64,000 nucleotides of DNA, from the NCBI RefSeq assembly GCF_964355755.1, contig NC_092670.1:9724201-9788200 (forward strand), given 5' to 3'. The notes under the pieces were generated by a model. The model did no database searches and was not told the origin of the DNA. It saw only the letters and a program-made list of their open reading frames with translations. Below, piece after piece: positions 1 to 13,600 of the stretch. The position numbers and the translations under genes were made by a program. This DNA comes from Antedon mediterranea (Eukaryota; Animalia; Echinodermata). Each line of letters begins with the position of its first letter. Within the stretch, counting starts at the first letter, position 1.

Positions 1-316
1 TGTAACTACTGTTATATTTTAACATTCAATTTTTCTAAGCTAGGCCTATCTAGCTCAGACAATAATAATCGATTTATGAATGCTGTAAGTTAATTAAATT
101 CAATTAAAAATACGATTTTTTTGTGAATTGACCAATCACACACGACAGTTTCGGACGATCTATCGCGTCGTGATTGGCAAAACTGCTTCCACTGTGTGCT
201 TACGTCATTTGTGTTGCGTCCTAGTGAGAACCAAGGAAGTTTAAGTTATGGACGTTTAGCATTATTTTAAGGAGAGGAGAGGAGAGGGTTTATCGGCCTA
301 TAATAGGCCTGCTTAC

Positions 317-3300
317 CTTTAATATTCATTCGGCCGAATGGTCGATCTCTAGCGGCTTTCATTTCCGACTCATCCAGTACCCGATCATACATCTGAAGCC
401 AAACTACTCTGGCTTGTACTCCGGTGCTGTTATCTCCAACCTGTATAGAAAACGATCCATCTAAGTTTAGGTCAGTAAATTCTATATAACCGATACTTGC
501 GATCTCTCCATTCCTCCAAAGTTTAACGTTCTTGTGAATCCCATCAACTGTCAAAGCAAGAAATGTCCAGACGTCGGGTTGTAGGACATGAGCTCTTGTC
601 AACGTCAGATCTCCATAGAACACAGTTACTTCAGATTGGTACAAAATACCGTTAGAATGCGTTTGTTCAATTCTAAGACTTGTTTGATATTTGCCACCGA
701 TGTTAAGAATGTTTCCAATAGAGTTGTCAGTAGGGTTAATATAGAAGGCGATTGTCAGTGTCAGATTTTGTAACAGACCGTAGGGAATATTCGATAATAT
801 TACTGGCATGTCTGCTAGAGCTGCTGGCCCACAATAAGCGTCGTCAATATCGTATAACTGATAAAGCAAGCAGAGGTAGTCTAACATCCATTCCTTCGCA
901 GGATTGAGATCATGGATGTCGAAATTCCCTGTTAAAATTATTTGAACAAAATGTCATGATAGGTTAGATTTTGTTTATTTTCTTCAGATTACTATTCCAA
1001 CTTAAAGACCCATTGGTTGTCATTGGTAATCTTTTTTACAATACTGTATCGTTAATTAAGTTTTGATTAAAGATGTATTGTCCCCTTGGAATAATTGTTT
1101 TTTTTCATAAAATATGCCATTTTAATGTCACATAATAGTTATCCGTTTTGATCAAAAATTGGATCTAAACCGAATAAATTTACCTGAAAAAAATGGAATT
1201 TAAAGCAAAAACCGTCAAAATTGCCTGCCAGCCAATGGATATTTGGTTGAATTTAACCAATTATTATGTTATTTTATAAGTGAAAACATTTTTGTTGTCG
1301 TTTTTTTTTTCTACGGAAGTGATTAACTTGATTAAAACTACAAAATAACCTATTCAAGGTCCGATTTAGTTAATAATATTAATTTTTCATGTTTTAGGGG
1401 GACAATACATCTTTAAGTTTTAATTAAGTTTAATATACTGTAAATGACCTACCTAAAGGACAAGACGTATTGGCAGGCGGTATATCGCACTCTTCCCATC
1501 TGGTTGCAGGATCTAATGTGTAACACCACGTTTCGTCATGATGACTCGCCGGATTTCTACACATATTGTGCCCTCCAAGTCCCTCGTCAGTTTCGATAGC
1601 AGTATACGTCGCGTATGGCACATGTGGTGACATTGCTGACCATTCTTGACAAACGATACCACTTCTTGTGATTGATACCAAACCACGATAATCTACTCCA
1701 TTACTCGTGCGACTGCATTCAACTACAATCAATAATAGGTTATCCATGGAGGCAAAAAAATAAATTTTACCTCCATGGTTTATCAGTGGCAGATTCTGAG
1801 GATTTTTTTTAATGGAGGAGCGCTAATTTCATTTCATTTCATTATTTATTTGGTCTATTTAAGTATATACAAAACAAACAAAAAAATGAAATTGGGGAGA
1901 CCAGGGTCAACCTAAGTGAACTTAATCACTGCTGACATAACATAACTAGTCTATCAAAAATAAATAAATTAGTTGATAATTTCATTTTAGCAGGAGCGCG
2001 TGCCCCCATGTGTGGGTCAGCACCTTAAGCTAGCTCTGTCTATAATATCAAGCTTTTTTTTACTAAAAAAGTGTTGTATTGATGTCACTAGAAAGTTGTG
2101 TAGTATAATAAAAAAAAAACAAGAACAATGAAGATTTAAAAAAAATGAAAAAATGTATTCCCACTAGCGACGCAACACAAGGACGTAACGCAACGCAAGT
2201 GAATTGACCAATCACAAGCGATGGCTTATTCGCTTGTGATTGCTAACTGTCTATAACTTCGCTTGTCATTGGTTAAAACGCTTGCGTTGTGTTTACGTCC
2301 TTGCGTTACGTTCTAGTGGGAACCAAGCTTAATTTTTGTAAAAAACGAAAAAAAATAATCCTCTCATTTATAAATGGGCAAATTAGACGGCAAAAACCAT
2401 TGCCTGACAGACATTTTGACAATTTGTTTACAATTTAAATTACAGTTTTTTCAGGTAAATAATTTGTTTTCGATCCAATTTTTGGGTAAAAAATAACTAT
2501 GTGACAGTAGGCCTAAAATGGCATATTCTTACTGATTTCAGGATCAAATTCAGCGTACACTTTTATTTCACTAATGCTTATGTATTCGTCTTTCGACGGG
2601 TACCATAACAACACGTAGCGGCCATGGATTGGCTGTTGACATATTACGTCTATAATCGGACTCGTCACAACCTGGTAATTGGTAACAGAAATCCCGCACT
2701 TTTTCTCTTCCTTAACGTTATACGGACTGTCTCCAATTCTCACTTCGGCATCTTCCAGTCGTAAATGAATATCGAAATCTACAAATTGATTTATTTTTGT
2801 AAAATATTGTAAAATATTAAATATTTTCTACATATTTTCTATTTAGTTTTTATTTATCATTAAAATAAATATTATTTCAAAAAGTAAAATATTAGCGCTT
2901 ACTATTTTGAACACAGTTTATGATTGTTATGCTTGTGACGTTGTAATTTCTTTGAAGATCAATGTTGATTCACTCTTGGGTTTCATCTGCAATACACAAT
3001 TCGTAAAATAAATACAAACGATACCCTGTATACGCAAGCGAGTTGACCAATGACAAGCAACAGTTCAAACAATCCATCGCTTGTGATAGGTCAAATCACT
3101 TAAGCTTGGTTCCCACTTGCGACGCAACGTAACGCAACCTATGCAACGTGAGAAAATGCCCTTCCAATAATTGTGTTTTCCCTCGTCTGCGTGAAATCTC
3201 ACTTGTGATTACGCAATAAACGTCGTAGCGTTGCGTTACGTTGCGTCCTAGGGGAACCACGCTATACGTTACATTTATGCGTCCTTCTATTGCGTCTCTA

Positions 3301-4527
3301 AACTTACTTAATGATTGAAAACATGAATCAAAGTTAGTTGTGAAGTCATCTCCATCAACTGCTTTTTCGGGCTCATGTCCATCAAATGCAGAAGATGATG
3401 TAACAGGTTTTTTATAGGACAAATAGGCTGTGAAAACGACAAAAATAAACTTAAAGTTTGAACTAAAAACTCCAACTTTACTGTCAATTATAATTTTAAA
3501 AATGTAATAATTGACAGAAGGTGATAAGGTGTAGTTTAAAAAAAAACCCGAATCAACTTTTAACACCCTCCCATATTAATAAATCAGTTTAAAATCAAAA
3601 ATTATACTACGATTGTTAAAAATTGTTTGTACCTACAACAGAAATAGTTAAAACACAAAAAAATATATAGTACAAAAAAATATATACATGTTAGATAATT
3701 AAATATTCTACGACAAATCTTTCTCTAATGCTCTGTCTGCACATCAAACTAATTTGACAAAAAAGTGTGATGTGCCTAAATATGGTGGTGATATGGCCAA
3801 ATATGGTAGTGATTTGACATCATCATGTTCATATATGGGCACATCACATCATAACTGTGTCCTAATAAATGAGATTCTGTATTTACCTTAATTATTATGA
3901 GTTTAAGCAAAATGTTGTGATTAATCTAGTATTATAAGGGGATTTGATACAAAAGGTAATCATGAATTGATTGTATCGTGATAAAGATCAGATATAGAAG
4001 TAAGACAATTTAACTCATTCCATTTTGTAAATATCCAAACATTTTAAATTAAAAATAAAGAAGATGTTGAAATGTGAAAAAGTAATACATATGACTATCA
4101 TCTTTTGTGAGAGAAAAATTGCTTTCTCACAACTCAACTCTCAATACCAGTAAAGGATATATAAATGAGTATAGTAGTACTAAGGCTTTATTTATCAGAG
4201 GCTCTCTATAAATCTACCACGATATAATCTAAACTACATAGTACACTTTAATGAAATAATTGAATTGTATTTATTTAGCGGTTAAAATGGACAACAACAA
4301 AAACGACTGAGTCGATACTATGACGTTTATTTCTATTATTTTTTATTCTCAATTTAGGAAAATTTCCAAGGTTGAGAATAATAAACACAATATAATATAC
4401 AATGTGATGTTTATCCACGTCATGTTTTTTTTTAAATGCCAAATAAGTTCAAAATCTAAAACAAAAAATATACTAACTTACCTGCTTTCGATGCAACGAA
4501 CATGCAAAACAGTAAAAGTGTTTTCAT
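317..4527 (-). CDS. Secreted mosaic protein: signal peptide + F-type lectin (FTP/F5-8C-like) + kringle + LamG/pentraxin-like domain. 3' end lies beyond the left edge. One in-frame TGA at 2970-2972 (possible pseudogene or null allele)
   Basis: Exons with GT-AG boundaries, all phase 1: 4482-4527 (MKTLLLFCMFVASKA, signal peptide), 3308-3427 (KPVTSSS...EKAVDGD...SCFQS), 2903-2986 (ETQE*INIDLQRNYNVTSITIINC), 2533-2778 (RLEDAEVRIGDSP...CQQPIHGRYV), 1453-1722 (kringle: C..NGVDYRG...CQEW...HNMCRNP...WCYTLDPATRWEECDIP), 317-928 (LamG-like: WTFLALTVDG...VKLWRNG...LQMYDRVLDESEM). Confidence 0.8.
1071..1412. mobile_element. Non-autonomous DNA transposon (MITE family B) with TTAA target duplication, Kolobok-like ends
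   Basis: TTAA|AGATGTATTGTCCCC ... GGGGACAATACATCT|TTAA. Related copies at 32531-33511 and 58898-59244. Confidence 0.8.
1745..1777. mobile_element. Micro-palindrome with 7-bp flanking duplication (putative P-element excision footprint)
   Basis: GGTTATC [CATGGAGG...CCTCCATG] GTTTATC; the duplication has 1 mismatch. Confidence 0.55.
2158..2330. mobile_element. Palindromic MITE family A (ends GGTTCCCACTAG...CTAGTGGGAACC)
   Basis: Near-identical to 27764-27932 and 45301-45479; internal GACCAATCACAAGCGA motif. Confidence 0.8.
3101..3262. mobile_element. MITE family A, second subfamily
   Basis: AAGCTTGGTTCCCACT...AGGGGAACCACGC ends; similar to 27558-27761. Confidence 0.7.
3729..3850. mobile_element. 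MITE family C (GCTCTGTCTACACTATCAAAC...GTTTGATAGTGTAGACAGAGC), partial copy
   Basis: Shared core GTGTGATGTGCCCAAATATGGTAGTGATATGACATCATCATGTCCATATATGGGCA. Other copies or fragments at about 9265-9377, 11703-11800, 14098-14230, 15345-15455, 29435-29483 and 58862-58893. Confidence 0.7.
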
Positions 4528-6060
4528 TTTGTGAAATATCTTTTTCAAGCTATGTTACTATACGAGATTTTTTTTCTCGATTTTACAAGGGGTAGACTAC
4601 GCAGCTCACTCAGTCTTTGTAGAATTCAGAAACTTATGAGCATGCGCAAGGAATGCCGCGTCGTGATCGAAAAGTCTTTATTGCATGAATTATAAATAAA
4701 TTTATCGATTATCCAATTTCAGCTTTTAGCTTGATAGCATAATTGTGTTTTCATTGTCCATAAGGTGAAATGTTCACGTTTTTTAACAATATAAAGTAGG
4801 GGCCTACTTAAACGTAAACAGTATGTGTTCATCCTGCATTTAATTTTCTTTTCTTGTAACTTTATATTGTTATTCAATACCTCATATATGTATATTTTCA
4901 GAGCTAACATTATGCCAAATGTCTTTACATGTTTTTAAATGTGTTCTCACAATTAGCAATAAATAAATGTTCAAACCAAGACAAAACAAAACGATATTCA
5001 ATGTTAAAAAAAATTATTTTTTTTCAGTGTTTATCTTTTGTCTAACCGTTATCGCAATACACCATTTTAAAATGTTGGATTTTTTTTGCCCGGCCTTATG
5101 TTCCACTTTTATCGCAATATACACCATTTTATATTAATATCCTATGACACATACAAACATTTTTTAAAATTAGGATCTTTTCTCCTAGCCTCCACCCCTC
5201 CCCCTCTCCTCCTCCTTTCAATCTCTCTTCCCCAAATGTTAATGTAAACATCACGTTTATATATGAATATTAGTTTTAATACAATCTTTTTTAATGCTGA
5301 TACAATGCCTATATTGTTAATAATAGGCCCTACAAATTAAAATAAAACACTGCCCGGCAATAACGTTGAATTATTAAAATAACGGTGAAATAGTAAAAAA
5401 TAGCTTAATCGAGATCCGTAGGATGCATTATTTCTCCTATCAGGTTGAGGATATTAAATTACTTACGATATTCATGATTTCTGCCTTAACTGATAGGAAA
5501 AAATGATAATGTGGTATAGGCTTACGCTTATTTACATTGGCTTTCATGTATAGTATCATGTATTTTAGAAGCAGATTAGAAGGGACTGTCCTAACTTTTC
5601 TCAGTGTGTAAATAAATAAATGCCTTTAAAATATACAAGAGGCTTGTCACAAGTAGCAGGGGAATCTTGATATCTGACATTTTAATTAACATAAAATCAT
5701 ATTTGCTTTTTTTTTAATATTCTGTATACGTACTTTAATAATTTAGTAAAACAGTAAAATGATAAATGCAACAGCCGACCCACCTCAAACAGTCGGCAAA
5801 ATATTATTACATATCTTGTCTATTTCCAAAAAAAAAAATATTTTCGTTCTCAATATACGTCATATTTAAACCTATAATGTTATTCTTTCTGACGCTACTA
5901 TAAAATAAATATATGGACTGAAGTGAGATTAGAGAGGAGGAAAAAACCCAGTGAAATTTAAATAGCGCCCCCAATTATACTGATAACTTCGTTAAAGTTC
6001 CGCAATATCGACATACTGCTGCTGTGTAAATAATAATTGCACAACATGCTGAATGGATGC

Positions 6061-6701
6061 TACAGGGTTGGGTAGGTTTGGCCAGTATGCGTACCTTTTT
6101 ATGGCCAGCGGGCGTCCCGGATATTGCGCAATATGGCCAGCGGGCGTCCAATTATTGCGCAATATGTTTTCAATGGCAGCGTCCGCGCGCTCCATGCGTG
6201 TGAAAAATACGTACAATGCGACAGAGAGGGCGTTATATTTACATTTTCCGCGCGAGATGCCGGCCGGCCACGTACTATTATTATTTATCAGAAAAAAAAT
6301 ATTAAATAATGTGAAATTTCATTAAAAATGCTTTTTGATTGACATTATAATAGTTAAAACTATTAATAATTGTTATTAATTAGGCCCTAAAATACAGTAG
6401 TATAATTTACTAAATCAGTTTAACTTAGGCTACTAGCCTGCTCTGAACAGATAGATTGGATTTTAGAGGCCTCAGTTCAGCCTTGCCCTACTTGCAAATT
6501 CAGCTGTATATATAAAATTAATTATGTATATAGCGCCATCTGTGTCGCATTGTACGTATTTCACACGCATGGAGGAGCGGACGCTGCCATTGAACAAATA
6601 TTGCGCAATAATTGGACGCCCGCTGGCCATATTGCGCAATTTCCGGGACGCCCGCTGGCCATAAAAAGGTACGCATACTGGCCAAACCTACCCAACCCGT
6701 A
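6061..6701. mobile_element. Fold-back element: two inverted arms of about 180 bp around an AT-rich spacer
   Basis: Arm 6061-6243 is the reverse complement of 6524-6701; outer ends are CAGGGTTGGGTAGG / CCTACCCAACCCG. Confidence 0.7.
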
Positions 6702-6844
6702 TCAATGGATGGCAACATTTTTTTTTGTAGGCTGATTGATAGTAGATTATTTATTATACTGAAAGAGTAAGTTAACCATTCCCAATGTTGGTCTATACTG
6801 CTTAGTCTAGCTACGTTAAACTTAGTGGCCAACTTAGTTTACTA

Positions 6845-7100
6845 TATAGGGCCTAGGCCTAGAAGCCTAGGCCTAGAGGCTAGGCTAGTATATAGTAGTA
6901 GGCCTACCTAGCCTAGCCTAGGGAGGGCCAGGCTAGGCTAGGCCTAGAAGAGCCTCTAGAGGGCCTAGCTAGGCCTATCTAGAGACTAGGCCCCTATTTG
7001 TATTATATAGGCTTAGAGGCCTAGCTAGGTTTATTATTAGGCCTAGGCCTACATATAGCCTAGCTAGGTTAGGCCTAGCTAGAGGCTAGCCCGCTCTAGG
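6845..7100. repeat. Low-complexity TAGGCCTA/TAGGCTA-rich tract at the start of the probable ANKZF1 intron 1
   Basis: Dense degenerate AGGCCT/AGCCTAG words. Follows a GTAAGT donor at 6767; matching acceptor at 7656-7657, just before the ATG. Confidence 0.7.
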
Positions 7101-7665
7101 CTATCTACTATTACTAACCTTAAACTAGTCTATGCTATTAATTATTACTTAGTAGTACTAACTAACTAAGCAAGAATTTCTAATTTATAACTATTACTAA
7201 AGTATTACTAGGCCTATTAACACAGAACATAGAGGTAGAGTAGGCATAAAAAAGAGGAAGCCCTGCTGTGGTCTCTGGCCACACTACCGCGGCAACATTA
7301 GATCATCATAACCTATCTGCACAGCGGTAAGGATTGCGACTATCTGTTCAAATTGATGTTCTAATTATTAGTAACTAATCGTAGGACTAAAGGCTAAGTT
7401 CCTAACTACTAATGCCTAGTAGGCTAGTCGAAAATTTTAGCCAACTAAATAAATATGTACAGTAGGATATAGGGCCTAATTATTAATTATAGTAAATATG
7501 GTCACTATCCTGTGTTCAAAACCTAAACATGATGCTCTATTTGGTTTTGTTTGAGTGTGATATAGATATGTGGAAGTGGTACGTACAAAAAGCTTGGATA
7601 TGGTACTGTATCCGTAAGCACAGCTTTTAAAATATACGTGTATTTGTATTATTTTAGCTTCCAAC

Positions 7666-10600
7666 ATGGAAACGTTGTACACAGCTCCCCCTTCACAATT
7701 AGAGGCCATCAAGGCACATAAACCAATCAATACTGAAGCTAATCACAACTTATTACCAACACATAGGCCATCTGGCAGTAAGAAAACGCAACAGAAATTT
7801 ACAAAAAATAATATGATGAATAGAGAACACTACAGAACTGTGAGTTTGTTTAACAAAAAGGATTTAGATAAGTTGTTTGATGGTCTAAGACTTGCTAACA
7901 TTAATGGATGTGAAGACGAAGAGTCGCAGGAAACACAAGAACGTGAAGGTGAGTTTTCAAAGTAAGCTACAGTAAGCAAAAAACAATTACCATTTTTTTA
8001 CTAGCCCTCGAAGTCTAGCCAACACTAGCTAACTTTGCCCCTGTTTGGAGAAGATTGCGTTACTGGTGGCTGTCCATCTGAGGAACAAACAACTACAATA
8101 AACAATGTGATTTTTAGATTGACAGCCTCTGTTAAGCATGGAAAACTATGTATTTGTTTGCTTTAAATGCTGAAGAATTCTGAGATACTGTGATTTTTAT
8201 TGTTGAAGAAGAATAACAAATTCATCCTGATTGTTTGATAAAAAATTAGGAAAAATACAGTATAAAATGCAAATTAAAATAATGAGTCTAATATTATAAA
8301 GTGTAGAATTTAAATGTTTAAAGGTGTGTTACAATTTTTCTATTTTTTAGTATGTACTGAAGAACCTGCCTCTGCAACAATATCTGACAAAATGTTCTGT
8401 TCTTTCTGTTTATGTCCATTTGACAACAGGTTACAGCAGGTATGAATCATTCTTGTTAAAAGCTTATGTTATGTTATACGCTAAATACAATCAACATCAA
8501 TGAAAATTGCATGCTGTAGTATTCTAATATAAGGCAATCTTTAGTGATAAACAATGGGTAAATAAAGAAATAAAATACCTGGAAATTAGTAAGATAAGGA
8601 ATAAACCCTGTTTTCTATTAGCGAATTATTCACGCAAATCAAATCATTCTTGAGTTCTGATTGATTGCGCATTTTTCATGTCACAAAAAGTAGATACAAA
8701 AATGAATACACATGTGCATTAGTCAACACTTTTAATTCGGAATCGTGCGAATATATTTAAATATTAAAACAATATAAGCAAACATCAATATTTTGTAAAA
8801 CCAGCCAAAGAACTGATGTGCAGATTAAGGGATCATGTCAAAATTAACCTACTGCAGTTACTGATTAACCACTTAAAATTAGCATAAGTTAATGTGAACC
8901 TATTCGGTGCACATAATTCTAATACACGGTTTATTATTGATAGCATAGACATGTTTTTGTGTGTCTTACAACTTACAAACTGGTAATATTTATATTTTTT
9001 TATGTAGAAAGATCATTATAGATTAGATTGGCACCGGTTTAACCTGAAACAAAGAATCTTGGGAAAGGAGCCTGTGTCAGAAGAGGCTTTTGAGACTATA
9101 ACAGGTAAAATGATTATTATATTTTAATGGACCATACATCTTATGTCTATGTCCATGATTATACTACAGTACACTATGACATCAAGATGCTTATCAGTCT
9201 GGTCATGGTCCAGTGCACTGCAAATGATACTATGACTGTTAAAGAGAAATATCTCACCTCTGACTACACTATCCATCTGCCCATATATGGATACGATGAT
9301 GTCATATATCACTACTATATTTGGGCACATCGCACTTTTTTTGTCAAACTAGTTTGATACTGTAGTGTAGACAGAGATTTGACCTTCTAACTTTTATTTT
9401 CCAGATGATGTCTCCAGTATTTCTGGGTCTGAGAGCAGCACATCAGAAAGTGACCATGAAGAGGACTTGTCCCCAACATCCGCCAAAAAGATTTCATTCC
9501 CACGGTCATCTATTCTGGCAAATCGACAAAATAACGCAGATACCAGTGACGAGGAATCGGAATCTAAAATCAGAACTGATTCAAAAGTTATGTTTAGGAA
9601 TTTAGATGATCAGATGATCTCTATTTACCGTTGTTTACTTCACGGAAAGAAGGTAATAAATTAAAATAAAGATTTGCATGCCAATACCATACAATATGTA
9701 TAGTGGATATTTAAATAGCCATTATTACACTTATAATGCAATAAAATGCATCCTTGCAATTTGATTGGTTGATATCGTGTCATGTGGCTCGCATTTTCTT
9801 CCATCAACATGATTAGAAATATTTAGTAAATCGTATTTGTACATTTAAGAAGGGCAAGTTTAATGAACCATAACTTATGTTTATTGTTTAAAAGTTGACA
9901 GACTGTAATACAGTTCTTCAAATTTTAGTAATAAATCAGTTTGAAGACAAAGAATAAAAACCACTGGTATTGGGTAAATAATTAATTTCTTTCATCAAAG
10001 TGTGTATCACATTACTACCATCATATGCAATTTTAATTAATATATATTTCTATTTTGTTTTGTTCCAGAATGTTCCTAAAGAGAGTTCTGAGCTAACTCC
10101 AATAGCAAAGGGTCTTACTGAGCATGTGCAGTGGTTGATTTTAATGGCTGGTGGTGGCCATTTTGCTGGAGCAGTGTTTCATGGGTAATTTACGATTTGC
10201 TATAAACAATTAGAAAAGGATGGTTTAATGATGAAATTTACCAAATTTCTTACGTTTATTTAGTCTCCAATAGTGTCAAATAGCATTTTTCTTTATTATG
10301 TTGCCGATCTTTGAAAAATTGAATGGTGTTAACAACAGTGAAAGTTAAATAAATGTACTTTTTAAAACTTGCCTTGTACTTGGTATAAAGTACAATTTTA
10401 TCAATCAAACAATTCAACATTTAATTTTATTTATGTCTGAGTAGGGCAAAAATCTGACAAAGTAATTTAGCTCCTAGATGCAAAGATATTTCAAAGTGAA
10501 TATTAAAAGTGTTCATCATTCCAATTTATTTTGATATTCATATAGTGAGACTGTAGTGGTACACAAGACATTCCATAGGTACACTGTACGTGCCAAGAGA

Positions 10601-13600
10601 GGAACATCACAGGGACTTCATGATAAGCAAGCTGGTAAAAACTCCAAGTGAGAATTACTTTGCTTTTTATATAGGTAATGGTATATATAATATTCTATCT
10701 GAACAGTATTAACCCGTGTGAGATGGAGAAAAGATTAATTCAGAGGGTAGACCTTAAATCTTGGTTCTCACTTGGATGTAAGTGGATTGACCAATCACAA
10801 ATGATAGTTTGGATGATCTATTGCATCGTGATTGGTCAAATTTAAAATTCCAGGCTTAAGATTTTATGAATAAATGTAATAGAGATATTTGTTTCCTTTT
10901 TTTAGGTCTGTTGGTGCCAATTTGCGACGTTATAATGAAGCGGCGTTGATAGACGACATCCACCAAATTTTAAGTTCTTGGGAGGAGGACATTAAAACGT
11001 GCACACACGTTTTCTTACGGGCACCAAGCCACAATCGTACAATCTTCTTTAGTGGAAAGAATGCGCCATTTGACAAAAATGATGTGCGGATTGTTAATAT
11101 TCCATTCGCCACTCGTAGACCAACATTCAAGGAACTAAAACGTGTTCAGGAGATTCTTAGTACAGTGCAAGTTTATGGTAATGCAAAAATGTTTATAGGC
11201 TACAAGTACCCGAAAACAACTAGTTTATTTTATTTTATATGCAAAATTTATGATTTTTTGTGTGGAAATTTGTCACTTATATAGTTTACTATATGTCAGT
11301 ATGCTTTGGATTGTACTACTGTATTTACTTGAAACAAATCCCACCTTAAAGTAATTTCTAATTTTGCCACATTTACAGAACCGGGAACCAAGAAACAAAG
11401 AAGCTTAACAAAGAAACCAGCATTGAAGAAGTACGTCATAGAAAAGGCAGTTTCAGAAGAAGCATCTCCAGCAGCTCCTGATGATAGTGTGCCATTAGGA
11501 AAGAAATATCAAGAACCAGTTCCACAAGAAGCCAAGGCTCTTGCAGGTGCAGAATGTTAAATGATTTCAAATGATTAGGTTTAAAAACAATTGTTGTTTA
11601 AGCCTGACCAACCCAAAATTAAAGAAATCTCAGGTCGCCTTTTTTTTTGGCTATTGAGCAAGAAAAAAAGCAATTAACCTTGCTAACTCCCATACACACC
11701 ACCTCTGTCTACACTACTGTATCTGACTAGTTTTAAAAAAAAAAGTGTGAAGTGCCCAAATATGGTAGTGATATGATGTCATCTTGTCCATATATGGAAT
11801 ATATATATGGAAAATATAATTTATTTGTTTTCTTCGTTCTATTCTCAGATTTGGATTCAGATGATGATGATGATGATGAAGATGTAGAATTAGTTTTTGA
11901 GGAAGTAACAACATCAACCAATCACCTGAAAGAGTTTGATGTTACAAAGAAAAAGCGCAGAAGAAGAAAGCCAAAGATGAAAGTTGATGATAAAAATAAA
12001 CAGGAGATGAAAGGTATGGTTTGAGAAGTCTGACAAAAGCGCAGGAGTATTTTCTTGCGATTTTTCCCGAGTTTGTGATTTTTAGAACAGCCAGACCACT
12101 AAAAATAATGGATTGTCTGCCTTTTGTTGACAAGGACAATGTCCTTTATGCCACGTCTGACTGCCAGGTACTGTACACCATTGTTCTTGTGTGGCAAATA
12201 ATAAAACAAAACAAGTTGATCTCTTTATCCAATGAACACAACATACCAAGAAATTGCTATTTTATTAGGTTTCTTCTTGAATATAGTAAAATATATACAC
12301 GGTTGCAAATACTATTAAATGGTGTTTGTGATAGTGATTGGTCAGGGGAGGGAGAACTAGCAAGGCGATTATGGCAGCCACTTTACCAATATGTTGCTTG
12401 TTTTACAGATCCTGTTTTAAAGACATTACAATATGATATATACACAGCATGTAAAACTGGCAATAATACCTTCTTAGAAGACTTACTCAAGGTTCAAAGT
12501 TCAAACTGTGTTCTCAAATCTGACCAATCAAATGATGATGCTCAAAGTGACAGTTTAGTTGTTGTAGATATAGTTACCATTCTAAATGAAGCTCTTGATG
12601 CAAGTAAAATGACGCTGCTCCATGCAGCTGCAGAGTCAGGTCATAGGTCAATAATATGGACTTTGTTAAAATCAGGTGCTGATCCAGCAAATAGGTAAAT
12701 TTGGTTGTGTGATGTGTAATAATGTAGTAATAATTTAGAGCTTTATGATAAAAATTGACTACAAAATTATATATTTTAGTAATAATTTGTTTTTTTCAAT
12801 TTATTTATTTTTTCTTTTGTGGGGGAAACCCACTTTTATTGCAATAATAAACAATATGGTAAAGGTTACAGTATATATGTCTATCTATTTATCAATGTCA
12901 CACAGACTGAGGTTAAAACGTTATATAAAATATTTTGATATTGTGTTGAAATCTAGATAAAACAAATAATTTATATTACAGAGCTAAAACAATATGAAGA
13001 TTGATATTCAGTATTAAAAATTGAGATTTGATATAATAATGATAAAATGGTATATTGCATTATAAGATTTTTTCAATTTATTATTAATAGGAACAGCAAA
13101 GGACTACCACCATTTTCTGTTTCAAAAGATAAAGAAACTAGAAATGTATTTAGACGTTACATGGCTTCATTTCCAGAGCAGTATGACTATGTCAAAGCCC
13201 AGGTAAAATACATTTTAATATAAAAACATACATTTTTCTTAAATAAAACAAAAGAAATTAGAAAAGTTTTCATTCTAGAACTAAACTAATAGGATACCCA
13301 TTATGCTGTCTTTGATAAAAATAATATTGTTTTAAATCCAATCAATGATGTCATGATAAATAAGAACAATAAAATCTCTGTATCATCATGGTTTTGCTCT
13401 TTAACTAAGCATTTGATTGGATGTATGTGAAAATATAATTTTCATCAAAGGCAGCATAAATGGTTATCCTATAATAGTTTTAGAATGAAAAATGTTCTAA
13501 TTTCTTTTGTTTTATGTAAGAAAAATGCAAATTTATCTAGTTATCGTTGATCATTATCGCCTTAGTGTAAATGGGCTTTTAGGATAACAAACTACTGTAG

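Noticed and set aside
5992-6832. Pair of similar ORFs on opposite strands
   Set aside because: Produced by the inverted arms of the fold-back element; no protein motif.
12021-12408. N-terminal part of the 225-aa ORF
   Set aside because: Intronic read-through; only 12409-12694 is the ANKZF1 ankyrin exon.
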